From a phage, in the sequence record PX423614.1: a stretch of DNA of 64,000 nucleotides. One strand, given 5' to 3'. A model generated the notes under the pieces. That model saw only the letters and a list, made by a program, of their open reading frames with translations. It searched no databases and was not told the DNA's origin. Both the position numbers and the translations under genes were made by a program. This document shows, piece by piece, positions 55,373-64,000 of the stretch. Position 1 is the first letter of the stretch, and each line of letters begins with the position of its first letter.

Positions 55373-56353
55373 TTACCAACTCCCTATCCTGATTCTCAGT
55401 GCACCACTCCCGTCATAGAAATCGATTCTGTTCCCATTCATCCAGAGCTGTGCTCCACCTGTACCACCCATCACAAAATCCCCACCAACAGTAAGTCTCC
55501 AGTTTGAACCACTCATAGAGCCAGCAGTGATCTTGTTAGCTGTAAGATTGGCAATCTGACCATCAGTAATCCACACGTTATCTATCTGAGCAAACTGGAT
55601 ACGAGCATTAGCAATCTGAGCAGTTGTGATATTGACGTTCTTAATATCAGCAAACTCTATCTTAGCTCGACCTCCTTCAAATACAAAAGGTGTATTACCC
55701 GAGTTACCATCACCTACAACAAACTTATCAGCTGTAACTTGGAACTGACTATTCGTGCCGTTGTTAGTTAGTTTGACACCAGCATACCTACCGTTGACAT
55801 TTGAGTTAATTCCCCACGTAGCTTCGTAGTCAGATAGCTTCATATAAGAAGATAGACTGCTGTTAATGTTGGAGATCTCTGTTTGAACTAAGCCAATTTC
55901 CTCTCCCTGCTGGTTTACGATTCCCTCAACAGATTGTATCTTAACCTCATTACCTTCTATAGAAGTTTTAAACCCTGCCATAGAACTTTCTAGCTTAACT
56001 GGCGGTTGTACTGAATTATCCCAAATATCTTCAGTGGACAGATTGCCCATCTGTGTTTGAATATCAGCAATAGCTGTTTCGATCTCTGTAGTAATTCTGT
56101 TTTCAAGTTCATCAAATTGAAGATTCATTGCATTAAGAGCTTTAATCCTAACATCAATTTCTTCATGTATTTCATCAATGGCTTGAAACATCTGATTAGT
56201 TGCTGTACTAACTTTTTGTAGTTCATCATAGACGGCAACGTTGTAAGTTTCTGTATCCTGCACATTGTTTAGAAAACCAACATTGTACGGAAGTGTGGTG
56301 TTGTTTCTACCAGTATTCTTTCGAAAACCTCCAGCACCCATAAGTACCTCCAA
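55373..56353 (-). CDS. tail-associated protein
   Basis: ORF track; N-terminal helical region then beta-rich. Confidence 0.5.
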   Translation of the reverse strand: MEVLMGAGGFRKNTGRNNTTLPYNVGFLNNVQDTETYNVAVYDELQKVSTATNQMFQAIDEIHEEIDVRIKALNAMNLQFDELENRITTEIETAIADIQTQMGNLSTEDIWDNSVQPPVKLESSMAGFKTSIEGNEVKIQSVEGIVNQQGEEIGLVQTEISNINSSLSSYMKLSDYEATWGINSNVNGRYAGVKLTNNGTNSQFQVTADKFVVGDGNSGNTPFVFEGGRAKIEFADIKNVNITTAQIANARIQFAQIDNVWITDGQIANLTANKITAGSMSGSNWRLTVGGDFVMGGTGGAQLWMNGNRIDFYDGSGALRIRIGSW

Positions 56354-56355
56354 TT

Positions 56356-56383
56356 AAAAACAATAAAAGGGGCCGAAGCCCCT
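56356..56383 (-). terminator. intra-operon terminator/attenuator hairpin on - strand
   Basis: on - strand GGGGC-ttcg-GCCCC followed by TTTTATTGTTTTT, between two late genes. Confidence 0.45.
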
Positions 56384-56388
56384 ATTTG

Positions 56389-59300
56389 TTATCTTCGACC
56401 GCCAACACTAAACTCTATGGTTAAACCATTCATAGAAGCATTACTGTTAACATCATTATCTATAACATTATAGAATAGGTATGGATGGTTCAGTCTCACG
56501 GATACATGACGATCTGAGCCTACCCTAAACTCTTTAGTTGAGTGATTGTGTCCATACTCGTTTGAGAATTGACTTCCACCGACTTCAAAAGTATAAGTAC
56601 CTGTACCAGTAACTTGAGGTCTAAATCTATTAATATGTTTTTGATTCCACTCATTAGTGACATTATCAAAATCAATACCAGTTCTTTCTAACCTCATTTC
56701 TAAAGGTTTTTCTATAATCCTATCATTGGTTCTATCATAGATGTAGTCCAGAGCACCAACATCCACTTGATAGAATCCCTTCAGGAAAGAGCCAACTATT
56801 GTAATCCTTTGACGGAAGTTATTAGCATCCTTTCTCCAGACTAATTGGTTAATAGAGGGATCATCCCAAGTGATCTCTTGAAAATCTGCCCAGATTGGAC
56901 CTCTCTCAAGAACTGGTGGATCGACTAACCCAATACACTGAGCATATGGTATTGTACGGAAAGACCAAGTGTCAAACTCATAATTCCAAACAGCGGCTTT
57001 ATTACAAGCAAAACTCTCTTTAGGCTCTCCCGGACCTACATATAAAACCCAAACCTCTTTCTTGTCTTGGTGTAGGTGAACTCTAGTAGCTAGAGGGTTT
57101 ACTAGACAGATCTCATTAATGAGAAGATTCTTGACTCGGTTAGATGCTATAGATTTTTTAGATGCACCATTATGTAAGATCACATCATTTTGAGTTACTA
57201 CGAAGTGTCCACCTTCGACTTCAACTGCACACTCAGGAGCAAGTATGCCAGAGTCATTAAACAGTTTCTTAAACATAAGGGGCTGATATGTGTTATTGGT
57301 TGGAGAACCAATGTAGGTTTCGAACTCCGTGTAAACAAAAAGGTAATCTTTCAGAGGAAGTACATCAATCAAGCTTCCGTTAGAATCTGCTAAATCTATA
57401 TACCCAGCGTACCCATTTTCCAAAGCCTCAGTTTGACCAACAATGTTTGCTGATAGGTCTGAAGTTGTTAAACGATCATAAGCATAATCATCCCAAAGAG
57501 ATGGAGCTTTGTTTTCGTTAGCGAAATTCGACCACCGAAGTCTTAGAGGGTAGTGAGTAGTTACACCAGATGCATTAGATTCCCTCATATTCAGAGCAAA
57601 AAGTCTGTTGTTGAATGCACGAATACGCTCACACTTCCAGTTAAATTTCTTAACAGAAGGGTTGCCATCATTATCAACGACTGTTTGCTCACCCCATCCC
57701 GGAAGATCTACGAAATACTCAGATTCAAACTCTTTGACCTGTGGTGTTTCATAATGAGTGGTAGCCACTGCACAGTTAGAGATTATGGTGTGATACCAAG
57801 GATAGTCGTCAAAAGCATCATAATCTTTCTGAGTCATTTGACTAGCAGTACAAGTAACTTTGATCTCACCTTTACGAATAGCTGTCAGTTTTAGAGATTT
57901 CCCGGTAGTAGATGTGGTTGAAACATATCCTGCTTTGTCCACTGTCCACTGATAGAAATACTCTCCCTCAGGCAAAGCATTGGCTGTAATTACAATATCT
58001 TCCCCAACATCAAGAGAGGCATCGATGATATCTAGTGATAAAGATTGCAACGGAGTATCGCTGGACATGAGTGCAGCTCGTGCAAAACCTTCCATATCAT
58101 TGACGTTTGAGTAATCATAGAAGTTGTTACCTTCATACATTCCTGAGGTATCAACTCCAGATGGCTCATTAACAAAATATAAAACCTCTTCTGATTCGAT
58201 AGGAACATTATTGGTTTCTTCTCGTATAGAATCTACTACAGGTTCTGATAAGGTCATTGCAGAAGTTCGCATCATTCTCCCAGCTAAATCAACCCTCACT
58301 GTACAGGTTGCTGATCTATCACCCTCTTGAGTAACAGCTGTGATTTCAGTAAACCCAGCTAGTAACCCTGTTATTACCGCTTCTGTACTATTTCCAGAAA
58401 CTGTGGCAATGGTAGGATTAGAGGAAGTCCAAGTTATGCTTTTATTGGGAGCATCTGAAGGATTAACCGTAGCAGTTAAAACATACTGAGTACCTCTGCT
58501 CATTTGAACGCTTGTCTGACTCAGAGTGATACTGTCTATCTGAGGTATAACAGTAACTTGACAAGAAGCACTCTTAGTTCCGTTATCAGCAGTTATTGTT
58601 ACAGTACCCTCACCATTAGCAGACAAAGTAGCTGTCAGTGTATTAGCATTAGGTGTTACAGACACAACAGAAGCATTACTAGAGACCCAAGTTACAGGAG
58701 TTTTTCCAGTAACAGCAGTTAGCGTTGTGTTACCACCTTTGCGGACAGTTATTGTATCCTGACTTAAGAAGATACCAGAATCACCATCTATGATGTTTAC
58801 TGCAATCTGAGTACTAATAGATTTATCAGCTGTTGATACAGTAACTACTAAATTCCCTTCTTTTTCATAAGACGTCAAGGTTGCAGTTTTAGAGTTCTCG
58901 GTGTCAGCTTCTACTTTACCATAAGAAGAATTACTAACCTCCCAAACTAAAGCTGTGTTATTAGCATCTTCAGGAAGAATAGAAACTTCCAAGGTTTTAG
59001 TTTGATTGAAATTCATTGAAATAGAAGTTTCTTTAGGAACAATCTGAGAAACAACCGGATATATCTTAATAGAAGCGGAAGCTCTTTTTGTGACAGTAGC
59101 AACCTTTCGGCTAATATCTGTCAAACTTTCATCTGTTAGCTTGTATAGCTTTTTGTCTGTACCAACAATCAGAAAGCTATTACCTGCACTATAGTAGTCA
59201 AAAGGCATTGATATAAAAGAAAGTGGTGTAATCTCTTTATCTTCTTCTACATAAGAAAGAGGGGCATTGCCCCCCGTCTTAAAAACTCTTTGCTCTACAA

Positions 59301-59406
59301 AGCGGGCATTGATAGCATTAGTGAAAGCATTAGGTGCTAAATCAGTTGGAGCTTGGTCAGCAATAACCCCTACAGCCCCTAAAGATTTTATTGGATAAAG
59401 CGCCAT
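56389..59406 (-). CDS. large tail protein with bacterial Ig-like (Big_2-type) domains
   Basis: two segments with the Big_2 pattern (TVTITADNGTKSASCQVTV; EITAVTQEGDRSATCTVRV). Confidence 0.55.
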   Translation of the reverse strand: MALYPIKSLGAVGVIADQAPTDLAPNAFTNAINARFVEQRVFKTGGNAPLSYVEEDKEITPLSFISMPFDYYSAGNSFLIVGTDKKLYKLTDESLTDISRKVATVTKRASASIKIYPVVSQIVPKETSISMNFNQTKTLEVSILPEDANNTALVWEVSNSSYGKVEADTENSKTATLTSYEKEGNLVVTVSTADKSISTQIAVNIIDGDSGIFLSQDTITVRKGGNTTLTAVTGKTPVTWVSSNASVVSVTPNANTLTATLSANGEGTVTITADNGTKSASCQVTVIPQIDSITLSQTSVQMSRGTQYVLTATVNPSDAPNKSITWTSSNPTIATVSGNSTEAVITGLLAGFTEITAVTQEGDRSATCTVRVDLAGRMMRTSAMTLSEPVVDSIREETNNVPIESEEVLYFVNEPSGVDTSGMYEGNNFYDYSNVNDMEGFARAALMSSDTPLQSLSLDIIDASLDVGEDIVITANALPEGEYFYQWTVDKAGYVSTTSTTGKSLKLTAIRKGEIKVTCTASQMTQKDYDAFDDYPWYHTIISNCAVATTHYETPQVKEFESEYFVDLPGWGEQTVVDNDGNPSVKKFNWKCERIRAFNNRLFALNMRESNASGVTTHYPLRLRWSNFANENKAPSLWDDYAYDRLTTSDLSANIVGQTEALENGYAGYIDLADSNGSLIDVLPLKDYLFVYTEFETYIGSPTNNTYQPLMFKKLFNDSGILAPECAVEVEGGHFVVTQNDVILHNGASKKSIASNRVKNLLINEICLVNPLATRVHLHQDKKEVWVLYVGPGEPKESFACNKAAVWNYEFDTWSFRTIPYAQCIGLVDPPVLERGPIWADFQEITWDDPSINQLVWRKDANNFRQRITIVGSFLKGFYQVDVGALDYIYDRTNDRIIEKPLEMRLERTGIDFDNVTNEWNQKHINRFRPQVTGTGTYTFEVGGSQFSNEYGHNHSTKEFRVGSDRHVSVRLNHPYLFYNVIDNDVNSNASMNGLTIEFSVGGRR

Positions 59407-59415
59407 AGTTCCTCC

Positions 59416-60219
59416 TTAGCTAATACGTCTCCAGATATGCGCTGCTCTGAAAGGCGGCAAAGTGTTGATAGGTTGTCTCGATACATCATCACGTCCAAAA
59501 CTAACAGAACCTGTAATCGAGTGAGAGTGAGTGTTAGTATCAGTTACCTGAGTATAACCACCACCCGGACTATACCAATTAGGACTGCTGTTGTGACCGC
59601 TAGCATCCCCACGACCCATCGTGATATTATGTGAGTGAGAATAAGAACTAACTTGAAAACTGGAACCATTGATTGTAGTAAGAGGCATATTGTCAGCACG
59701 GATTGTGTTGAATACTCGACCTCCTGTGCCACCTGCTTGGAATTCCACACGCTGGGCGTTAGGAACCGAACCGTCAGGGTTAACAACACCAGTACCCATA
59801 ACAACACCAGTTACTTTAGCCCAAGAACCGAAGCCAAGAGAGCTGGAGTCTCCCGGATTAATATCTTCTTCAGTGATGTAATAAGAACCAATACGGTATA
59901 GTTTATTTTGCATCCAATTCAACATGAAAGCTTCCATCTGACCTTTGGTTACAGCATCTTTATCACCAGTTCCCGGAGTTAAGTTTTTGATCATCAAACC
60001 TCCAACATCCATAGAATCTCCAGTAAAGGAGACCTTGTTTGCTAGGATGTTGAAAGAATCTGAGTCAAGTTGAACCGGCTCTGTGATGTTAGGGAAAGTG
60101 TTAATTAAGACTTGTTTGACCAGTCGTATCTGGGCAGCCCCTTCATAAAGATAGTCCCTATCCCGTGGGTATAGGGGGTTTAAATCGGTAGTAACTACCG
60201 CAGTTGTTTCGATAGCCAA
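59416..60219 (-). CDS. tail fibre-like protein
   Basis: DAVTKGQMEAF motif resembling tail-fibre N-terminal attachment region; Gly/Ser/Thr-rich distal part. Confidence 0.45.
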   Translation of the reverse strand: MAIETTAVVTTDLNPLYPRDRDYLYEGAAQIRLVKQVLINTFPNITEPVQLDSDSFNILANKVSFTGDSMDVGGLMIKNLTPGTGDKDAVTKGQMEAFMLNWMQNKLYRIGSYYITEEDINPGDSSSLGFGSWAKVTGVVMGTGVVNPDGSVPNAQRVEFQAGGTGGRVFNTIRADNMPLTTINGSSFQVSSYSHSHNITMGRGDASGHNSSPNWYSPGGGYTQVTDTNTHSHSITGSVSFGRDDVSRQPINTLPPFRAAHIWRRIS

Positions 60220-60231
60220 AAGGCACCTCCA

Positions 60232-60723
60232 TTAATATTTTCCTGTAGTGTATAGATTTGCTTCTGCAACCCTGCGATTGTGAAGTCCCGGACTCCGCTG
60301 CTTTACACCTTTAACAGTTATCTTATCCCAACGTAAGAACTCTGAGTAAACATCACCCTTCACATCTCCGTTGATCACTTTCCTAAGTTTTGAAGCTGAC
60401 AAAGCACCACCACCAACATTAAAGTTGAAAGAAGTGACAGCATCAAATTCATGAGCTAGCATAGGAACTCTTATGTTTTTCTGAGTAGCACGAACAGAGT
60501 CTTGTGTGTCTCTATCTAGCAGAGCTAGACAATCCTCTATAGAATACGTTAATCCCTGTCTAACTGGATACCCATTCATATCGCGCGTAGCCCCAACACA
60601 TATCGTCCAGATACCTGCGGAATCTTGGTAAGCACGAGTTCTCATACCTTCATGCTTCATGATGAATTCCATCCCTTCTGGGCTTAAGCTCAGTTGTATC
60701 GGTGGCAATGCGACATTATCCAT
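60232..60723 (-). CDS. lysozyme (glycoside hydrolase family 24-like)
   Basis: EGMRTRAYQDSAGIWTICVG matches the T4/lambda-type lysozyme catalytic block EGxxxxAYxDxxGxWTIGxG. Confidence 0.7.
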   Translation of the reverse strand: MDNVALPPIQLSLSPEGMEFIMKHEGMRTRAYQDSAGIWTICVGATRDMNGYPVRQGLTYSIEDCLALLDRDTQDSVRATQKNIRVPMLAHEFDAVTSFNFNVGGGALSASKLRKVINGDVKGDVYSEFLRWDKITVKGVKQRSPGLHNRRVAEANLYTTGKY

Positions 60724-60753
60724 TTTTCACCTCCCTTTCTAGTTAGCCCTAAG

Positions 60754-60972
60754 TTACTGAAGCATGTTTCTCAGAGCACTAGAATCAGAGTCCGGACAAA
60801 TAACCACAAGATTATTTTGAATTGTACGCTGCTTACATGATGCACTTAACTTCTCAATTGGTGCAGGTTGTGTTACCAGAGGATGCACTGCGTTAACAGG
60901 AACAGCCACTGACACAGCAAAACCGGTAGCAACACAAGCTAACCCATAACTGATTTGTTTCATCATTTTCAT
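60754..60972 (-). CDS. small lipoprotein
   Basis: signal peptide with lipobox-like GLAC. Confidence 0.45.
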   Translation of the reverse strand: MKMMKQISYGLACVATGFAVSVAVPVNAVHPLVTQPAPIEKLSASCKQRTIQNNLVVICPDSDSSALRNMLQ

Positions 60973-61066
60973 CTTCGTATCTCCTATGTGTATTCCTTTT
61001 GTGATATAGTAGTTTCATTACTTCTTGAACATACTTACTACTAAAGCCCCCAAAGGGGCTATTAGA

Positions 61067-63256
61067 CTACTTACTAGACTTAAGCTCTGACACCTCTTTC
61101 TTAAGATCTTCAACCTGCTTCATAAGTTCAAGAATAGCTTCATGGTGCAACGCAGCAGCAACGCCCGTGGTGTTAACTGACTTTACGTTATCCAACACAG
61201 ATCCGTCTCGCAGAGTGACTGGTGAAGCCTTTGTTTCTGATACAGCTTCAGGAAAATCCTTCTCTACGTCCTGTGCGATGAATCCGTACCCTGTTGAGCC
61301 ATTGGTTTCCAGAACCCATGAAACCCCCTTGATATTCTTCATCTTAGAGAGTGGGTCACTGATGCGCTCAATATTGCTTTTAACTCGTTCATCAGATGTA
61401 CTTCTCCATTCTTGGCATCTTGCTATACCATCAGATCCAAATAAGTATGAGGCACTGCTACCAAGCCCATCATAGACGTTAATCTGCACGCGGTCCAATG
61501 CTGTTGTGCCACTTCTGACTCCGCCAAGTAACCAATTCCCGTCATACCAGTCGCCGCCAACGGAGTTTATATAACCTCCTTCCGGCACATTCGCGTAGTT
61601 TATCATCCTGATGGCGTTTCTTTCTGAAGCTGCGACCCCAACAGAGTTTAATGGTTGTACAATGACATCATTCGGTCTGACGTATGCGTCAATATGTAAT
61701 GCGCCATCAGGCCGTAGTGTGCCAATCTGAGTCTCTGCGCTTGGGAAGTACAAAGTACCAGCTTGGTTGAATGACCATTCTTGCACCCCATTGGATACCA
61801 CAGCGCCTTGTTCAGATGCCAACCCACCAATTCTCCCATATGCCTGAAGATATGCTTGATACCTTAGGCTTGTACCAATCTTATATTCAGATTTGACACT
61901 ACCACCCCTGACAACCGTTCCGGATGCAGGTTCTGTCGAGTCACTATTAATAACAGACCAAGAAGTATTAGCAGCAGTAAATCCACCGTGTGCACGGATA
62001 GTCCAAACACCAATAAAGTTACGAGGTATGGCATTTGCAGTAATACCGTATCTACCATATGTTAGATCAGATTGACTTGCATCAAATCTAATATTAGTAT
62101 ACAGCCCGGCACCACCAGAAACAGGCCACACACCTTGAGTTGAAGTTGTAGAGGTAAAAGCTCCATCAGTAGCTACTTGACCTTGAGAACTAGCTGCGGT
62201 AAGAAGAGTATGGGCAGTGTAGGCAACAATGTTAGGCAGTGCAGCATCATAAGCCAACCCATTATTAACAGAGTATCCTCCATCACCACGAGCAAACAAT
62301 TCTTTAAGAGAGCCAGCCTGAACACCATTTCGGTCAGGCACACGGAAGGTTGTCGTACCGTTCCCTGTAGAGTATTTCCCTCTTTGCTGAGCATCAGCCA
62401 ACCAAGCAGAATCGCTAATAGGTGTTAGTAATTGAGCATAAGCCCATAGGTCTGGATAGTCAGCACGATTGAGAAGCTGCCCGTCTGAAGGTACTTCAAA
62501 AGCTGGGATGAAAGCACGACTGTCACGTAGGTGAAAATCACCAATACCAAAGTTAGAAATACCACTCATGGTAGGACCACCAGAACCACCACCACTATTA
62601 CGAAGCTGTCTCAGTGTCACTGCATCATAATCACCAACTGCATCAGGGACAGTTACTGGTTGAGTGAAAGTAACTTTCTGTGTGAGCTGTTTGATATCAG
62701 AGTTAATACCAGTACGAGTTACACCAATGGTACGCCCTTTGGAATCTTTGACGTAGGAACCAATTGAAGCGAAAGGTAAATCCTCAACTTCTGGGCGATA
62801 TCTTTTGGAGTATACCGGGTATTTAGTTTCGACTCCAGAATCGTTCTGATCAACAACCTGAAGACGACCAGCAGAATGAATCTCAACCCCCTGAACAGAA
62901 GAAGCATAACTTCCAAGTTTGATGGTGTTCTCAGGGGTGACTTTAATCATATCTACCGATTCAACACCATTACCACCGCCAGAGCGAATAGGTGTGTCAT
63001 TATTAACAAAGGGGTCATCTTTAAAAAGAGCATTTGTCATAATGGGATTGATAGCGTCGGTTACATATTGCTTAGTAGCCCCTTCTGCTTTCGTTTGATA
63101 GGTTGCTTCAGCGTCAGACTTCTGAAGATATTTTTCTGTTAAGTTGATAGCACCAGCGGCCCCATCTACAGTAGATACACCCACAACTGCGGCATCTCTA
63201 GTAACTACCACGTGAGGCATCATTATCCCAGATTTGGGCATTAATTCTCTAGACAT
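61067..63256 (-). CDS. tail fibre/spike with C-terminal intramolecular chaperone (peptidase S74-like) domain
   Basis: C-terminal SDERVKSNIERI...GYGFIAQDVEKDFPEAV matches the self-cleaving chaperone domain of endosialidase-type tail fibres. Confidence 0.65.
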   Translation of the reverse strand: MSRELMPKSGIMMPHVVVTRDAAVVGVSTVDGAAGAINLTEKYLQKSDAEATYQTKAEGATKQYVTDAINPIMTNALFKDDPFVNNDTPIRSGGGNGVESVDMIKVTPENTIKLGSYASSVQGVEIHSAGRLQVVDQNDSGVETKYPVYSKRYRPEVEDLPFASIGSYVKDSKGRTIGVTRTGINSDIKQLTQKVTFTQPVTVPDAVGDYDAVTLRQLRNSGGGSGGPTMSGISNFGIGDFHLRDSRAFIPAFEVPSDGQLLNRADYPDLWAYAQLLTPISDSAWLADAQQRGKYSTGNGTTTFRVPDRNGVQAGSLKELFARGDGGYSVNNGLAYDAALPNIVAYTAHTLLTAASSQGQVATDGAFTSTTSTQGVWPVSGGAGLYTNIRFDASQSDLTYGRYGITANAIPRNFIGVWTIRAHGGFTAANTSWSVINSDSTEPASGTVVRGGSVKSEYKIGTSLRYQAYLQAYGRIGGLASEQGAVVSNGVQEWSFNQAGTLYFPSAETQIGTLRPDGALHIDAYVRPNDVIVQPLNSVGVAASERNAIRMINYANVPEGGYINSVGGDWYDGNWLLGGVRSGTTALDRVQINVYDGLGSSASYLFGSDGIARCQEWRSTSDERVKSNIERISDPLSKMKNIKGVSWVLETNGSTGYGFIAQDVEKDFPEAVSETKASPVTLRDGSVLDNVKSVNTTGVAAALHHEAILELMKQVEDLKKEVSELKSSK

Positions 63257-63296
63257 TTAAATCTCCTTAAAGCTCCCCGAAGGGAGCATTGTTAAA

Positions 63297-63932
63297 TTAC
63301 TCAGAAGGCATTTCAACACGAACTGAAATAAAAGCATCACTCGGGATATCAATAGGATCGCCGTCAGAGAAACCTTCTATCTCATTTCTAGCAAAAACCG
63401 GAGAGGTTGGATGGGTTCTGTGATAGGTTTTAACTAAAATAGAACCATCTTCTTTAATCTCATAGTCCAACCAAATCCTAGGTTGTTTGTTGCGGTCAGT
63501 AGGAATTTCAAAGCCGCCGTCAATGCCTCCCCATTTTGCATCTGCGTTTAAGCCAAGGCAACCGGTAATCAAGTACTCACCAACACTTTGCCGAATGACA
63601 TTAACCCCCTCAGATTCCTCGTTCGTCTCATATCGACCGTTGGAGTAAATATGAACTACCGGAGATGCCGCTTTGATAAATCCGTTTACATCAACAGTGG
63701 TGTTTTTGTTTGTAAAACAATGGACATATTTTGTTGTTCCGTCTGCAATCCTTATTGCGTAAGTTATACGACCATAGTCTGAGGCTTCGCCATTAGACCC
63801 TGCATATGATACACCGTGGGCAACCCAGAAGTTAGTATCCTCTGGCTGCATATACCAGTAGCAGTTAAACATGTCTAAAGTAAACAGTCCATTCCCGGAG
63901 GCATGTTGGACGCGATTACCAGAACCACCCAC
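63297..63932 (-). CDS. hypothetical virion-module protein
   Basis: ORF track. Confidence 0.5.
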   Translation of the reverse strand: MGGSGNRVQHASGNGLFTLDMFNCYWYMQPEDTNFWVAHGVSYAGSNGEASDYGRITYAIRIADGTTKYVHCFTNKNTTVDVNGFIKAASPVVHIYSNGRYETNEESEGVNVIRQSVGEYLITGCLGLNADAKWGGIDGGFEIPTDRNKQPRIWLDYEIKEDGSILVKTYHRTHPTSPVFARNEIEGFSDGDPIDIPSDAFISVRVEMPSE

Positions 63933-64000
63933 ACCTGTGTTTGATGGAGTGGTACTTAGCGCTCCAATATTGAACCTTGCACCAGCAGCATCCCCAGCAC

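Noticed and set aside
60754-60972. Lipoprotein next to the lysozyme as the o-spanin
   Set aside because: It has no overlapping or adjacent i-spanin partner; the overlapped pair at 41410-41902 fits the spanin architecture better. Left as a generic lipoprotein.
45292-63932. Track ORFs on the + strand embedded in the - strand virion genes (for example 46453-46860, 50312-50692, 51979-52212, 53362-53934, 57553-57894, 59635-59901, 61167-61475)
   Set aside because: They lie antisense within long, motif-supported - strand genes and lack ribosome-binding sites; treated as chance open frames.
1-64000. Temperate lifestyle or integrated prophage
   Set aside because: No integrase, repressor/Cro pair, attachment-site-like tRNA fragment or host flanking genes were seen; the window is wall-to-wall phage genes.
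45292-64000. N4-like phage with a giant virion RNA polymerase
   Set aside because: The opposite-strand late module recalls N4, but no ~3500-aa ORF is present in the window and the phage encodes its own sigma factor, pointing to host-polymerase-dependent transcription.
1-64000. CRISPR array
   Set aside because: No regularly spaced identical repeats with unique spacers; the repeats found are short iteron-like motifs or duplicated intergenic modules.

Overview
This window reads as most of a virulent, tailed (podovirus-like) phage genome, starting near a repeat-rich genome end; I saw no integrase or repressor. Early, replication and nucleotide-metabolism genes are on the + strand (~0.6-45 kb), converging at a bidirectional terminator (~45.25 kb) with a - strand virion, tail and lysis module (45.3-64 kb). 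The enteric-type promoters, rrn-like boxA elements, tRNA-Arg(UCU) and phage ECF-like sigma factor suggest a phiEco32/Kuravirus-like coliphage, but that identification is from memory and unverified. All calls are by-eye motif reading; no search was run. The strongest candidate for an undescribed system is an eight-gene + strand cluster (13.9-23.9 kb) encoding a class-II glutamine amidotransferase-like fusion protein, an ATP-grasp ligase, two paralogous amidoligase-like proteins, a gamma-glutamyl cyclotransferase-like protein and three unknowns. Other notable features are four early promoters each followed by an rrn-type boxB/boxA antiterminator, a family-A DNA polymerase encoded in separate exonuclease and polymerase genes 8.6 kb apart, a group I intron with an HNH endonuclease in the polymerase gene, and several multi-copy small-protein families.
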